Shown here piece after piece: positions 1 to 10,300 of a DNA stretch of 64,000 nt. Source of the DNA: Diplonema japonicum (taxonomy: Eukaryota > Protista > Euglenozoa: Diplonemea); assembly GCA_964019335.1 (NCBI GenBank), contig OZ025749.1, positions 1 to 64,000 of the forward strand. The letters run 5' to 3'. The position numbers were made by a program, and so were the translations under genes. The notes beneath the pieces are model-generated. The model worked only from the letters and a program-made list of their open reading frames with translations, was not told the DNA's origin and ran no database searches. Positions within the stretch are counted from its first letter, which is position 1. Each line of letters begins with the position of its first letter.

Positions 1-17
1 TTAAAATAAAAACATCA

Positions 18-89
18 GCGCTCGTGGTATAACGGTCAGTATTCCCGCCTTCCAAGCGAGCGGCCCGGGTTCGACTCCCGGCGAGCGCA
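18..89 (+). tRNA. tRNA-Gly (anticodon TCC)
   Basis: Acceptor stem GCGCTCG/CGAGCGC, D-arm, anticodon loop CT-TCC-AA, T-arm CCGGG-TTCGACT-CCCGG, followed by a T6 Pol III terminator (90-95). One C:A mismatch in the anticodon stem. Confidence 0.93.
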
Positions 90-535
90 TTTTTTGCACC
101 ATGACCACTTCTAGATAGGTTCCTACCTGGACCTGCTACTTCTTCAAAAACAAGCTTTGTTCCTCCTCCTTCAGCCCCCATTCACCTCCCCTGCTATCAG
201 TGCCCTGATAGCAGCTTGTGCCATCTCCTCTTACTTCACTTTCTCTTACTACACAGGCTTTAGTTGACAGGACGAATTATACAGAATTTTCTCGGTGTCT
301 TGCGGATGGTGTGTGCTTGTGTTGCGGGATGAAGTTCGATGAGTTTGGAGAACATCCAGTACCAGCCTACACAGAAGACGAAGACGATGAAGCGCTGTAG
401 AATCTCCCTGGACAAGGAAGACGATATTACACGGGGGTTCCTATAAAACATGTACCTTATTCCCCCCCCATCCCCTTGCCCTTTCAATACGTTGCATTAA
501 GAAACCACATGTACACTATACGTACCAAAGTTAAT

Positions 536-1246
536 ATGTCGATCTTGAAGTTTAGCAGGTGTTATGCATCAACGGGAAGGGTAAAGCACATGCAAGAGAG
601 AAGAAAGGGAGGGAAGCTATCGGAGATGGGGCTAAGGAGCCCAACTGAAATTAGAATGGAAGAAGTAGAGAAGGGAGTAAGCGATAGGATTGAAAAGGAG
701 ATGATGGTTGAAAGGATTAAAGTGCAGATCGCACAGAAGCAAAAGGAAATGGAAAAGAGAATGGAGCAGGAAGAGGAAGAGCTGGACTTAGAGGTTCATT
801 ACAAGCAAGACGAGGCCGGCCTTCTAATCAAGGCGACTGCATCCTTTCTGTCGTTCGTGGGTATTTACTTTGGTTCTCTTGCGTTGGTTTTCACAGCAAA
901 AGATATGGGTGTTCCTGTCCCCCCTTTGGAAGCGGGGAGGCGGTCGAGGGTCTCCAAGGACCCGTTTTCCGTCATGTTCTCTTGGTCACCTGCTTTAATC
1001 CTTCCTTCCTTGGTGCTTTCCGTCCTCTTCGCACCTAAGGTAGCCCCTCTCCTTTCGTCCCATGCAAAGGGAGTCGCTTCTGGACTTAAACAGCTTTACT
1101 CAGTTGAAGACAAAGGCATCAAGACCGCCCAGAGGAGCTCTCACAAGTCTGGGGTAAACACATTGCACAAAAAACCTCATAACCCACATTGGAACGAGAA
1201 GGGTGCGGATATCGGGATTCTCTTCGGGACAAGGAAACTGAATTGA
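536..1246 (+). CDS. Hypothetical membrane protein, possibly mitochondrial
   Basis: ATG at 536 in ORF 476..1246. N-terminus MSILKFSRCYAST is presequence-like, followed by a coiled-coil stretch and two hydrophobic segments. Confidence 0.6.
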   Translation: MSILKFSRCYASTGRVKHMQERRKGGKLSEMGLRSPTEIRMEEVEKGVSDRIEKEMMVERIKVQIAQKQKEMEKRMEQEEEELDLEVHYKQDEAGLLIKATASFLSFVGIYFGSLALVFTAKDMGVPVPPLEAGRRSRVSKDPFSVMFSWSPALILPSLVLSVLFAPKVAPLLSSHAKGVASGLKQLYSVEDKGIKTAQRSSHKSGVNTLHKKPHNPHWNEKGADIGILFGTRKLN

Positions 1247-1348
1247 GCAGTTAAAATTGTTTTTTTTTTTCTCTCCCACCGTGGGAAAAAAATCTGAAAG
1301 GGGGGACGAAAAAAAAAAAAATCACACCAGGCCCAAGGGGATGTGAGA

Positions 1349-2552
1349 ATGGCAAAAACAGAAGAAAACGTGCAGTGGTTGCAGGAGAACCAAATACATG
1401 TTCTCTTCAATGAACTGGCGACTGACATGCTGGCTAGCAAACCGGACGATGTGTTGTCGTTTATCTGCAGCTGGGGGAACAAGAAAAAGGAGAGCAAGGC
1501 GGGCCTCTCAAGGCGAGCTTCACGAACAGGGTCATGTGGAAACCTGACTGACCACACCGCTGGGGACACACAGCAGCAACAACAACAACAACAGCAACAA
1601 CCATCACCTGCAACAGAACAAATCGCTGGGTACCCATCCTGGCGACCTTCACCAGACGAACTAGCAGAACGACATGCAGAACCTAACGAGATGTACGCAC
1701 TGCAAGAAGTAATCGGAGAAGGGCACTATGGGAAGGTACACAAGGCGGTGCGAGAGGACACCGGGGACATCGTTGCCGTGAAGAAGATACCGATAGAAGG
1801 CGATTGGGTGGAGCTGGAGATCACACACCTGCAACACTGCGCGTCGCCGCATGTGGTGGGATTGATAAAGTCGCACTACGACCGACAGAGCGACTCGTTA
1901 TGGATTGTGATGGAAATGTTGGGGACCAGCTTAGCTACCGTGGCAGAGGCGGCGGGACCCCGTGCCTTCACGGAACCGATGCTCACGTCCGTGTGCAGAG
2001 AGATTTTGTACGGGCTCAATACCATACACGAGCTGCAAAGAGTGCACCTCGATGTCAAGCCTGGCAACCTGCTCCTCACCCCTGACCACAAACACATTAA
2101 AATCGCAGACTTCGGCACCATGCAGGTTATTGGCGCTGACTGTGTCCAGCTCGGCGACTTTGCCTTCATGTCCCCCGAAGTGGCCTACAGTTCAGGGACG
2201 TACGAACCCGGCTCGGACATTTGGTCGCTTGGCATTTCGTGTCTTTACCTCGCAGATGGCGAAGCGCCTCTTTGGAGAGAGAAGCCCGACCTTCTAATGT
2301 TCATCCACAGGGAGACATGCATGGTATGCACTATGACACAGCAACACACCGAAACACACAAAACAGAAACCATCTCTGTGGGAACCTCTCCGGTGGTCTC
2401 GCGAGTTCTCCGACGTCCTGAGCTACTGCTTCATGAAGTACCCCACGGAGAGACCCGGTGCGGGCTCTTTGCTGCGGTCGACGTGGATCCAGTCTTCGCC
2501 CGAAGAGCTGATACTACCCCCGCCACTGAACCATGAGAATGGCTACGAGTAA
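1349..2552 (+). CDS. STE20-like Ser/Thr kinase with N-terminal RIIa/Dpy-30-like dimerisation-docking helix pair; exons 1349-2323, 2367-2552
   Basis: GEGHYG, VAVKK, HLDVKPGN, DFG, MSPE, DIWSLG motifs. Removing intron 2324-2366 restores subdomains X-XI (KPSLWEPLRWSREFSDVLSYCFMKYPTERP). Confidence 0.88.
2324..2366 (+). other. 43-nt GT-AG intron, A/C-rich
   Basis: GTATGC...ACACACAAAACAG; excision shifts the frame to restore the kinase C-lobe. Confidence 0.85.
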
Positions 2553-2653
2553 GGGTACTGAGTTGTCTGATAGTACATACAGTATTTTTTCGTTATATAT
2601 GTTTCACATCAGTTGGTTACCGTATCTGGTTAACCGATCTCACTTCCAGGGTT

Positions 2654-5206
2654 ATGGAGTCGCGACCCAGCAGAGCTGTGATCATCGGCATAGATGGTGA
2701 AGGCGAAGACGCGTTAGATGGTGCAGCCAGGGAAGCTGAGTCATTTGCTGCATTCCTTGACCTGCGGGACATAGTGAAAACGCCCATCAAGGTGGTTACT
2801 GACATCGACAAGGGGAAAGGGAAACGGCCCACGCGGGACACCATCATGGAGATGCTTAAATGGGTCTGTACTTCAAACGATGAAGGTTCTTGCGTGCTAC
2901 TAGTGTACATTGGAAGTCGTTCAGCCTCGGAGCGTGGTATCCGCCCCCTCGACTGGGAGGAAAATGGCGACATCGAAGAATCCGAGCTCCTCGACATATT
3001 CAGAGAATCCACCCAACCGGTTATTTCTATCTTTGACTGTTCCCCAGCAGCTCAGGTCCTGACTCTCCCCCACTGTGTTCCAGCAAATTACTCGTCCAGT
3101 GATACACGCGGTGAAGACTTGCGCATCCTTCATCTGTCTACTGTACAGACCGGCGATCAAAATGAAGAAGAGGAACAGAACAAGGGTGGTGTCCTTGTCT
3201 CTGGGCTTCTCACAGTCCTCAGAGCACACGGGGTCAAGCCTCCCACCAATGCGGGGCTTCTAGCTGCCATCAGGGTCCTCCTTGCAGATGGAAGATGGAA
3301 ACGAGCACCCACCCTAAGTAGTTGCCACCCTGTCGACCCTGCCCTTGCTTTCAACTTTTCGTTCCCTGAAGACACTCATCAGGTCCACCAGCCAATGGAA
3401 ACCAACCCTACACCTTTGGCACCGCCTCCCGCTCCTCCTCTTCAAGGCCGTGCGTCTTTCCCCCCTGCGCGGGCCTCGAACCCCATCAGCCTCAACCCCC
3501 CTCTCCAGCCGATGGAAAGGAGCCGTTCCGGAAGCTGTGACACAGCACCCATGATCGACGCACCTGTGAAGAGCAGTCCGGTGCAGCGCAAGTCTCTCGG
3601 ATCTGCGTCTTCAAGAGGGCCATCATCTTCCCTGTCTTCCGACAGGCAGGAACCGGAACAGGAGGAAAAACAGGAACCCGAAAGTACCCTAGTTAGGGGT
3701 CTGGAGTTCAGTCCTGACACCGAGCCGCAAGACGCTCCCAAGGGTTTCGGTGGGTGGGGGGACAGGGCAGTGTCTGTCACACCACCGGCTGACCCGAACC
3801 CACCACCGAAGAAGAATCTCAAGATAGGGAAAACAATCACGGAGAAGCTGAAAACGGTACCCAACGCGAGGGTGGCAAGGGAAAAGAAAATTGTTGTACC
3901 GCCACCGCCAGCTGCACCAACGCAGCCTGTGAAGAAGCTTGTTGCGAACACGATTACAGCTGCACAGCCGAAGACAAGGAAGAAGGCAGTAGAGCAGGCA
4001 AGCTTCATGCACCCCACGACATGCATGTTGCAGGACAGCCTATCACCCCTTACAGTACTTGGACCTGCCATGACTGAGGTGTACAACGAGCTGCTAGACT
4101 GGGTTGAAGAGAATATCGAGAAAAACCCACCTGGCGCGAAATTGCAAGAGCTTCTGAAGAGGAGGGGACTGGAAGACAGCGAGTTTGCGAGCACGGCGGA
4201 TAAGAAAGTGGAGGCGGTGCTCGGCTCGGGACCGAAGAGGCTCCATTTCAAAGATGAGATGGTAAAAAAACTGCCCGATGTGAAAGAGTCGTGCTTGGTG
4301 GTGGGGACGAAGGATGCAGGGAAGTCGACGTTCGTGAGGCTCGCTGTGCAAGAACAGTTGCTTCCTTACGTGAAGGAGTTCAAGCGGTACTCCACAGTGC
4401 TGCTCACAACACTGCATGTAGACAGCTTGTACCCGAAGGACCATGGTCACGTAAGCCTCCCATCGTTCTACTCACAACTCATCACGTCTATTACCTCTAA
4501 CTACCTCGACGACCTCATCCGGCACAGACCCATTCTGCGGCAATGGCAGGCTCCAGTGTATCTGTTCTGGAAGCGAGTGGTGACTGGGGTTCCGTCCTTG
4601 CCAAAGGGTTTCTCGGATGCCTTCCCAAACATCGCGACGGTGTGGCAGAAAGAAGCAGTGGTGTTGCATACTCAGTTCGCTTCCGGGTGTTATGATGAAT
4701 TGGTAGCGCATGTCCTATCCCTCCCCGCGTCGGCCATGTTGAAGTGTTGTGGGTTCAAGTCGTGGCACTGCGCCATCGATGGTCTGCAGAAACTGTCAGA
4801 GGACCATGAACAAGGTGTTGCCATCGCCATGTCGTCGATAGCTTCAACAACAGGGTGCCGGGTTGTCGCTGCGTTGCCGTCGAGCTTTTCAAAGAAGATC
4901 CCAAGCGTCTCTACCATCACCATGACTAAACTCGTCCCGACCGAATTTCTCCCTTCTTTTCTCCCCACCATCATAAAATGCGAAGGCAAGGACTTTACCA
5001 TCGACGTGTTCGGGGGCTGCCCTGGGTACCTCACCTCTTATCTCACACTGCTTGGCATGGCCGACACTTCATACGACTTGCTCGACGATGATGACGATGT
5101 TGAAGACACAGAAAAAGAGGTTGAGCTCTACTCCCCTTCGATCCTGAAACTCCTAAACAATTTAGAAGCTCTGCATTGCAAGGCAGGGTCTTCGAGGCGC
5201 GACTAG
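2654..5206 (+). CDS. Metacaspase-fold (catalytically degenerate) domain + Pro/Ser-rich linker + P-loop-like domain
   Basis: RAVIIGID, PTRDTIMEMLKWV, LVYIGS, IRPLDW and IFDCSPAAQVLTLP align by eye with metacaspase motifs; Walker A-like GTKDAGKS follows. Confidence 0.7.
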   Translation: MESRPSRAVIIGIDGEGEDALDGAAREAESFAAFLDLRDIVKTPIKVVTDIDKGKGKRPTRDTIMEMLKWVCTSNDEGSCVLLVYIGSRSASERGIRPLDWEENGDIEESELLDIFRESTQPVISIFDCSPAAQVLTLPHCVPANYSSSDTRGEDLRILHLSTVQTGDQNEEEEQNKGGVLVSGLLTVLRAHGVKPPTNAGLLAAIRVLLADGRWKRAPTLSSCHPVDPALAFNFSFPEDTHQVHQPMETNPTPLAPPPAPPLQGRASFPPARASNPISLNPPLQPMERSRSGSCDTAPMIDAPVKSSPVQRKSLGSASSRGPSSSLSSDRQEPEQEEKQEPESTLVRGLEFSPDTEPQDAPKGFGGWGDRAVSVTPPADPNPPPKKNLKIGKTITEKLKTVPNARVAREKKIVVPPPPAAPTQPVKKLVANTITAAQPKTRKKAVEQASFMHPTTCMLQDSLSPLTVLGPAMTEVYNELLDWVEENIEKNPPGAKLQELLKRRGLEDSEFASTADKKVEAVLGSGPKRLHFKDEMVKKLPDVKESCLVVGTKDAGKSTFVRLAVQEQLLPYVKEFKRYSTVLLTTLHVDSLYPKDHGHVSLPSFYSQLITSITSNYLDDLIRHRPILRQWQAPVYLFWKRVVTGVPSLPKGFSDAFPNIATVWQKEAVVLHTQFASGCYDELVAHVLSLPASAMLKCCGFKSWHCAIDGLQKLSEDHEQGVAIAMSSIASTTGCRVVAALPSSFSKKIPSVSTITMTKLVPTEFLPSFLPTIIKCEGKDFTIDVFGGCPGYLTSYLTLLGMADTSYDLLDDDDDVEDTEKEVELYSPSILKLLNNLEALHCKAGSSRRD

Positions 5207-5410
5207 ATTGTTGATATGTTTACTTTATTTAGATCTCTGTTTTTCTCCCTTCTTCTTTCTTTAGATCCACACCATCTTTTTCTTCTTCACTGTACCCTGG
5301 CCAGGAGGCCAACGAAACAAACCTTTCTTCTTTTCTTCTTCATAATGGTATTTTTTTTTGTTCTGGGGGAAAAAAAAGGAAAAAAAAACATTTAACAAGG
5401 AACAACAAAG

Positions 5411-6370
5411 ATGGAGGATGTTCTAAAGGAAGGTGTGTCGGTTGAGGCGTTCGAAGGGAGGGGCAACGGGGTCGTCTGCATAAAAGAAATACCGAGCGAT
5501 GAAGTAATCGGCGAAGAAAAACCGACAGCGTGGTGCTTGGATCCAAACCAAGAAGGCGTGTTATGCATGGGGTGTTTGAAGGAGGAAGAGACAGAACGGT
5601 GCGAAACATGCCGGTGTGGCGGATACTGTACGGAATGCAAGGAATCGGGAGAGGCGAAACACGACGTCACAGAGTGCAAGGCTTTCCACGCGATCAACGT
5701 TCTGGCCAAGGGGAAACTCTCCGAAAAACAAACATGGAACCCATCGGATCTCATCCTGCTGTGCCGGCTTTTATTCAGACTTCGCAGGGCTTGCGGTATC
5801 CCTGAAAAGGCCCACCCTGTGTGGGACCTCTCCGCACAGCCCCCAACAGACGCCGACAAATACGCGTTACGAAAAACTGCAGGGAAGATATCCTCCAAGG
5901 TGACGAAAACCGACAGGGAGGCGATGACACGCCTCGCTGGTATTGTTGAAACAAACTGCTACTCAGTCATGATCAACAGGTGGTACCGAACCGGCGGGGT
6001 GTCCAGCGGGGTTGAAGGCGCAACGGAGTCTGTGGGTGTGGCCGTGTACCCTGTGCTTTCCATGTTCAACCATAGCTGTGCACCCAATGTGGTCAAGTCC
6101 CCCCAGGGGCTCACCATGCAACTCACTACTCTAAGATCTCTTCCCTGCGGAACCGAGCTCTCCCACTCCTACATCAACCCTGCCCAAACTACTTCCAAGC
6201 GTCGAGACGAGCTGCTCTACTCCTGGGGCTTTAAATGCATGTGTGTCAGATGCACCGACCCGTTGTCCTCGTGGGACGTTGAGTCGATTTGCGCGTGTGG
6301 GGGCTATCTCATCGCGGACCCCAGCGATGAAGAGATCATGATCTGCCACTCTTGTGGAGACATTAGTTAG
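5411..6370 (+). CDS. SMYD-type SET/MYND lysine methyltransferase
   Basis: MYND-like Cys pattern, FNHSCAPN, ELSHSYI and post-SET FKCMCVRC. Confidence 0.88.
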   Translation: MEDVLKEGVSVEAFEGRGNGVVCIKEIPSDEVIGEEKPTAWCLDPNQEGVLCMGCLKEEETERCETCRCGGYCTECKESGEAKHDVTECKAFHAINVLAKGKLSEKQTWNPSDLILLCRLLFRLRRACGIPEKAHPVWDLSAQPPTDADKYALRKTAGKISSKVTKTDREAMTRLAGIVETNCYSVMINRWYRTGGVSSGVEGATESVGVAVYPVLSMFNHSCAPNVVKSPQGLTMQLTTLRSLPCGTELSHSYINPAQTTSKRRDELLYSWGFKCMCVRCTDPLSSWDVESICACGGYLIADPSDEEIMICHSCGDIS

Positions 6371-6593
6371 TTCGATTTTTTTTTTTCCCCCCTTGGTGGG
6401 CCGTTGCTAATCACTTCGTTCCTGGTGCGCATAGTGCTAAGTCGTCTCCTTGTCTAGTAGCCATCCCTGATTTTTTCTTGTTAGCGCTCTTTTCTAAGCA
6501 ACTTTTCGCCCGTGCTCTTCCACGCCTGCAGCACCGCCCCGCCCTTCTGCCCGTATATATCACAGGGTTTTTTTTGCAAAGAATAAAAAAAAA

Positions 6594-6980
6594 ATGGGTC
6601 TTCTTACTGGCATGATTCACAAATGGCCTGCTGAGTTCCTGTGCAAGTCGTGGTTGGTAGTCTGTGGATACAAGGTATAGGGAAAAAAAAAAAAAAAAAA
6701 AAAAAAGAGCTTTAAAGCAATTGAGAGCACTGACAAGTGTGACGACACCCAGTGGTTGACCTTCTGGATGGTCATGTCACTGGTCCAGTTTGCTGAGTTC
6801 TGGACTGACATCCTGCGCAAGTTCGTGCCTTACTACAACGAGGCCAAGTTGGCCTTTATCGTGTGGCTCAGTCTTATGAAGGGCGCCCACATGATTTACG
6901 ATAAGGCACTCCGCCCCTTCCTGAAGGAGAAGGAGCAGCACATCGACCAGCACGTGGCCCCTCTTACCGAGAAGATGTGA
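6594..6980 (+). CDS. REEP/DP1/Yop1/HVA22 family ER-shaping protein; exons 6594-6674, 6708-6980
   Basis: Spliced product reads ...CGYK|SFKAIESTDKCDDTQWLTFW...PYYNEAKLAFIVWL...GAHMIY, the TB2_DP1_HVA22 signature. Confidence 0.88.
6675..6707 (+). other. 33-nt GT-AG intron that is almost pure purine/poly(A)
   Basis: GTATAGGG(A)nAG with an in-frame TAG; removal joins conserved REEP motifs. Confidence 0.85.
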
Positions 6981-7134
6981 GAACAATCGACCCATAGCAA
7001 CCAAAATACACGTTTCCCCTTCCCCCCCTTACGGCGATGACATTATTTTCCCGATTTAATCGAAACCAAATTTGTTTGGATCTCAGTTTTCTTGGGCAAT
7101 GTCATATATTGGACAGTCTCTCTCGTAAGTATTG

Positions 7135-7175
<41 letters not shown>

Positions 7176-7386
7176 TTCATAAGCGCTCAAAAGGCTCATG
7201 AGAAATATGGGTGCTTTTAAAGTTCCCCCCCCCCCCCCCCCCCTTCCTTATTTTATTTATTATGAACCCCCTGAAAAAAACCAACAAAAAATTAAAAAGA
7301 ATTTGCTCTTCTGATTCTTCTTCTTCCTCGTTCTCTCCTCCCCCACATTTCTTCCATAGGAACAAAACAAAAACAAAAAAAAAAAA

Positions 7387-10300
7387 ATGCCTGCTTGGCT
7401 GATGTTTGCAGTGATTGTTCTGCAAATTTCAAAAAGCCCTGTACCTGTTATGACCCCACAAGGGGGAGTTTATAGAGATGCGGTTCTGGTGGAAATCTCG
7501 GGGACAGGAGACGTGAGGTATTCGACAGATTTATCGGTACCGTCAAAAATGTACATCAGCCCACTGCAGCTTGGCGTCGGTGTCCATGTTGTGAAAGGAA
7601 CGAACCAGTACCAAATGCAAGCCACATCACAAGAGGTGGAGGCAAAGTACATCGTTCAGACGGTTGTGAACGGGTGTACAAGCCAGATCCCGTCGGGTGA
7701 CTACACCTCCCTGCCTTTGATCGTGGAATTTTCCACTTCTGAGCCCAACGCCAGTCTTCACTATATACAGAATGGTGCTGTGTTCCAATACATGTCCCCA
7801 TTGGTGATATGGAATGTGGGGATGCACAATGTGTCGTGTTTTGTGAAGAAGAGTCCCGAGGAGGTGTACCTTCCCTCGGGTGAGACGGAGTACACCTTCA
7901 CTCTTCGGAAGCTGCTTTCTTCTCCTTTGGTGACACCACAAAGCGGGACGTATTTCTCGCCCCAAACCTTCACGGCGCTCGTGGTCCCTGGTGCGGCTGT
8001 CGAGTGGAACACCACTCGCGGTGTCCTCACCACTGCTACCCTTGTGTTGGTGCCGATAGGTGTGCATGTGGTTCAGTGCCGTGCGGTGCCTACCTCTGCG
8101 CTCCCGTTCTACCTCGCCAGCTCGTGGTTGTCGTTGACGTTTGATGTCCGTGGCAAGGCGGCTGCCCCCGTCTTTTATTTATCGGACGCGGTGGGTAGTG
8201 TGCAGTCTCCTTTCGTCGCTCCTGTTCGTGTCGAGCTGCGCAGTAACACAACAGGTGCTGAAATACTTTACACGCACGGTGTGCACGGGACCTCGCAGCC
8301 GCACGTTTTGTACACAGGTGGCTTTGAAGTCAGCAAGCACGGTACCACCACCTTGCGTGCCAGTGCGGTCGACCTCCCGCTCTACATGGAGTCTGATGTA
8401 AGCGAGGTCAGTTTTGTCATTGCGTACCCTTGCCCACAGTGCGTGCATGGTGTTTGTGTCCGAGCAAAAGAGTACCCCACCTGTTCCTGTTCCCCCGGCT
8501 ACCGTGGCGAGCTGTGCGACGTTGAGGACAAACTGTTCACACTGCCGCCCTCTGCTACGGCACGTGCGTCGATCACAACTGCCATGCAGCTTCTCAAGGC
8601 ATATATCCCCTTGCAAGACCCCGGCCCCATACGTGCCCCTGCTGCTGTTAGAGCCGTCCACGACCCTTGGACAGGCGCCCTCAAGCACCATGTCTTGTGT
8701 AGCTACCCTAGTGTTACTCCCGAACCACAGCTTGCAACCATTAATCTGTTGGTGGCCTCTTATAGTGTGTTGAGAGGCCCCGGTGGTTTCGAAGCTGGCT
8801 GGTCGGCGGCACTGGGCTGCTACACTGCAAATGGTGCTGTATGTACGAGCATCGTTGTGGGAAATTTTGAGGACTGCTTCAGCAGGCTGGATATGTTATC
8901 GGAGGATGTGGGTGCATGGCAGACGCGAGCCGCTGCATGGCAGCTCCTTGATGCTGCTGGTGAAGGAACAGCCTGCATCACCGGCAGGACAGAAGAGATG
9001 GCTGACCACCTTGCCTCCCTACCTGTGAGTACACCTGTTGATGATGTGACGCAGCTCAGAGAGTTTTTGCAAGAGGACAAGCCCGACGTGGCGCTTGTGC
9101 TGAGGTACCTCTCAGAGGGGCTGCAAAACGTGTACGCTTCCTCGGGGGTGAGTGTCATGAGGAAACACAAGACGGACCTGGAAGACGTTCTGAATAAGGT
9201 TGCTGCGAACCAACCTATCAAAGCATGGGTGCAATGCACACAGCCGTCGTGTGCTAATGATATAGATCAGGAGCGCGATCCCTCAGCTGCCGCTGTGTCA
9301 CTATCCCGACTCTGGCACGACGCCATGCCTGTGCTGCGTGGGCATCTACAGAGCCAGGATGTGCTGAGTGCCGTGCATCTCACGCAAGCCATGCTCGCCA
9401 CTGTTGTGTACCATGTGTGGCTGACGATAGTGCCTGCCGTGTTGCTGCCTCAGGAGCCTTATGATATACAATATGCTGAGTCAGTGCTGCGCAGCAGAGT
9501 CAGTTGGTGGGAACGCGGTTCTGTTGTGATGCAGTCTCTCGCCAGCATCTTCACAAGCGTCCACAGCATGTCTGAAGCATTGGCCAACACCTCTTCGAAG
9601 ACACTGCACTGCGTCAGGGAGCGTGTGATTGAATTTCACGCTCTTCGTGACTTCTTCACGCCTTGCTCAAACTGTGATCCCTCAGCCCCTCTGGCCTTCC
9701 CGCACTTGGGTGTTTTCACCTGCACCAATCATTTGGCCGACTCAACAGACGTGTTTTTCGATGCCTCACAGGCCAAGCAGGGTGACTCTGGCTGCGCCGC
9801 CACCGGTTTCGAAATCCACCATGCCCGTTTAGCGCACGACGTCCCGTTCATGACCCCTGATGCTGTCAGGACAGAACGGTTAAGAAGGCTCTCTTCCGTC
9901 GCACCGGAGCACACGTGGACGGCAGGCACTCCTGCGGTGCACGAAGGAGCGTCTCGGGTTCTGTCGTCTGACCTCGACTCTCGAGCGGGACCTGTCAAGA
10001 CAAGACAAACACCTCTGCACCGTGCTGGTCACGTCCTGCAACGTGACGCGCACGTCCTTTCGTCGTGCCTTGATGGAACGTGGGGCAATTTGTGCAAACC
10101 TTGTGTAGGAGGAGAAAACTGTACCTTAGGGGTGAAAGAGTTATGCCGAAACATGCCAAGCGGGATGGGTAGTTACACAGAAGCGTGCGAGTGGGTGTGC
10201 GACACGCCCCATACAAGAAGGGCAGGTCTGGGCTGCGTCGAAACCACATTCGGGAAATACCCTATTAGTGCAATGGACGATGGGGCGTGCGAACCCCTGC

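Noticed and set aside
218-400. Short ORF downstream of tRNA-Gly ending in acidic residues
   Set aside because: No suitable upstream ATG or recognisable domain.
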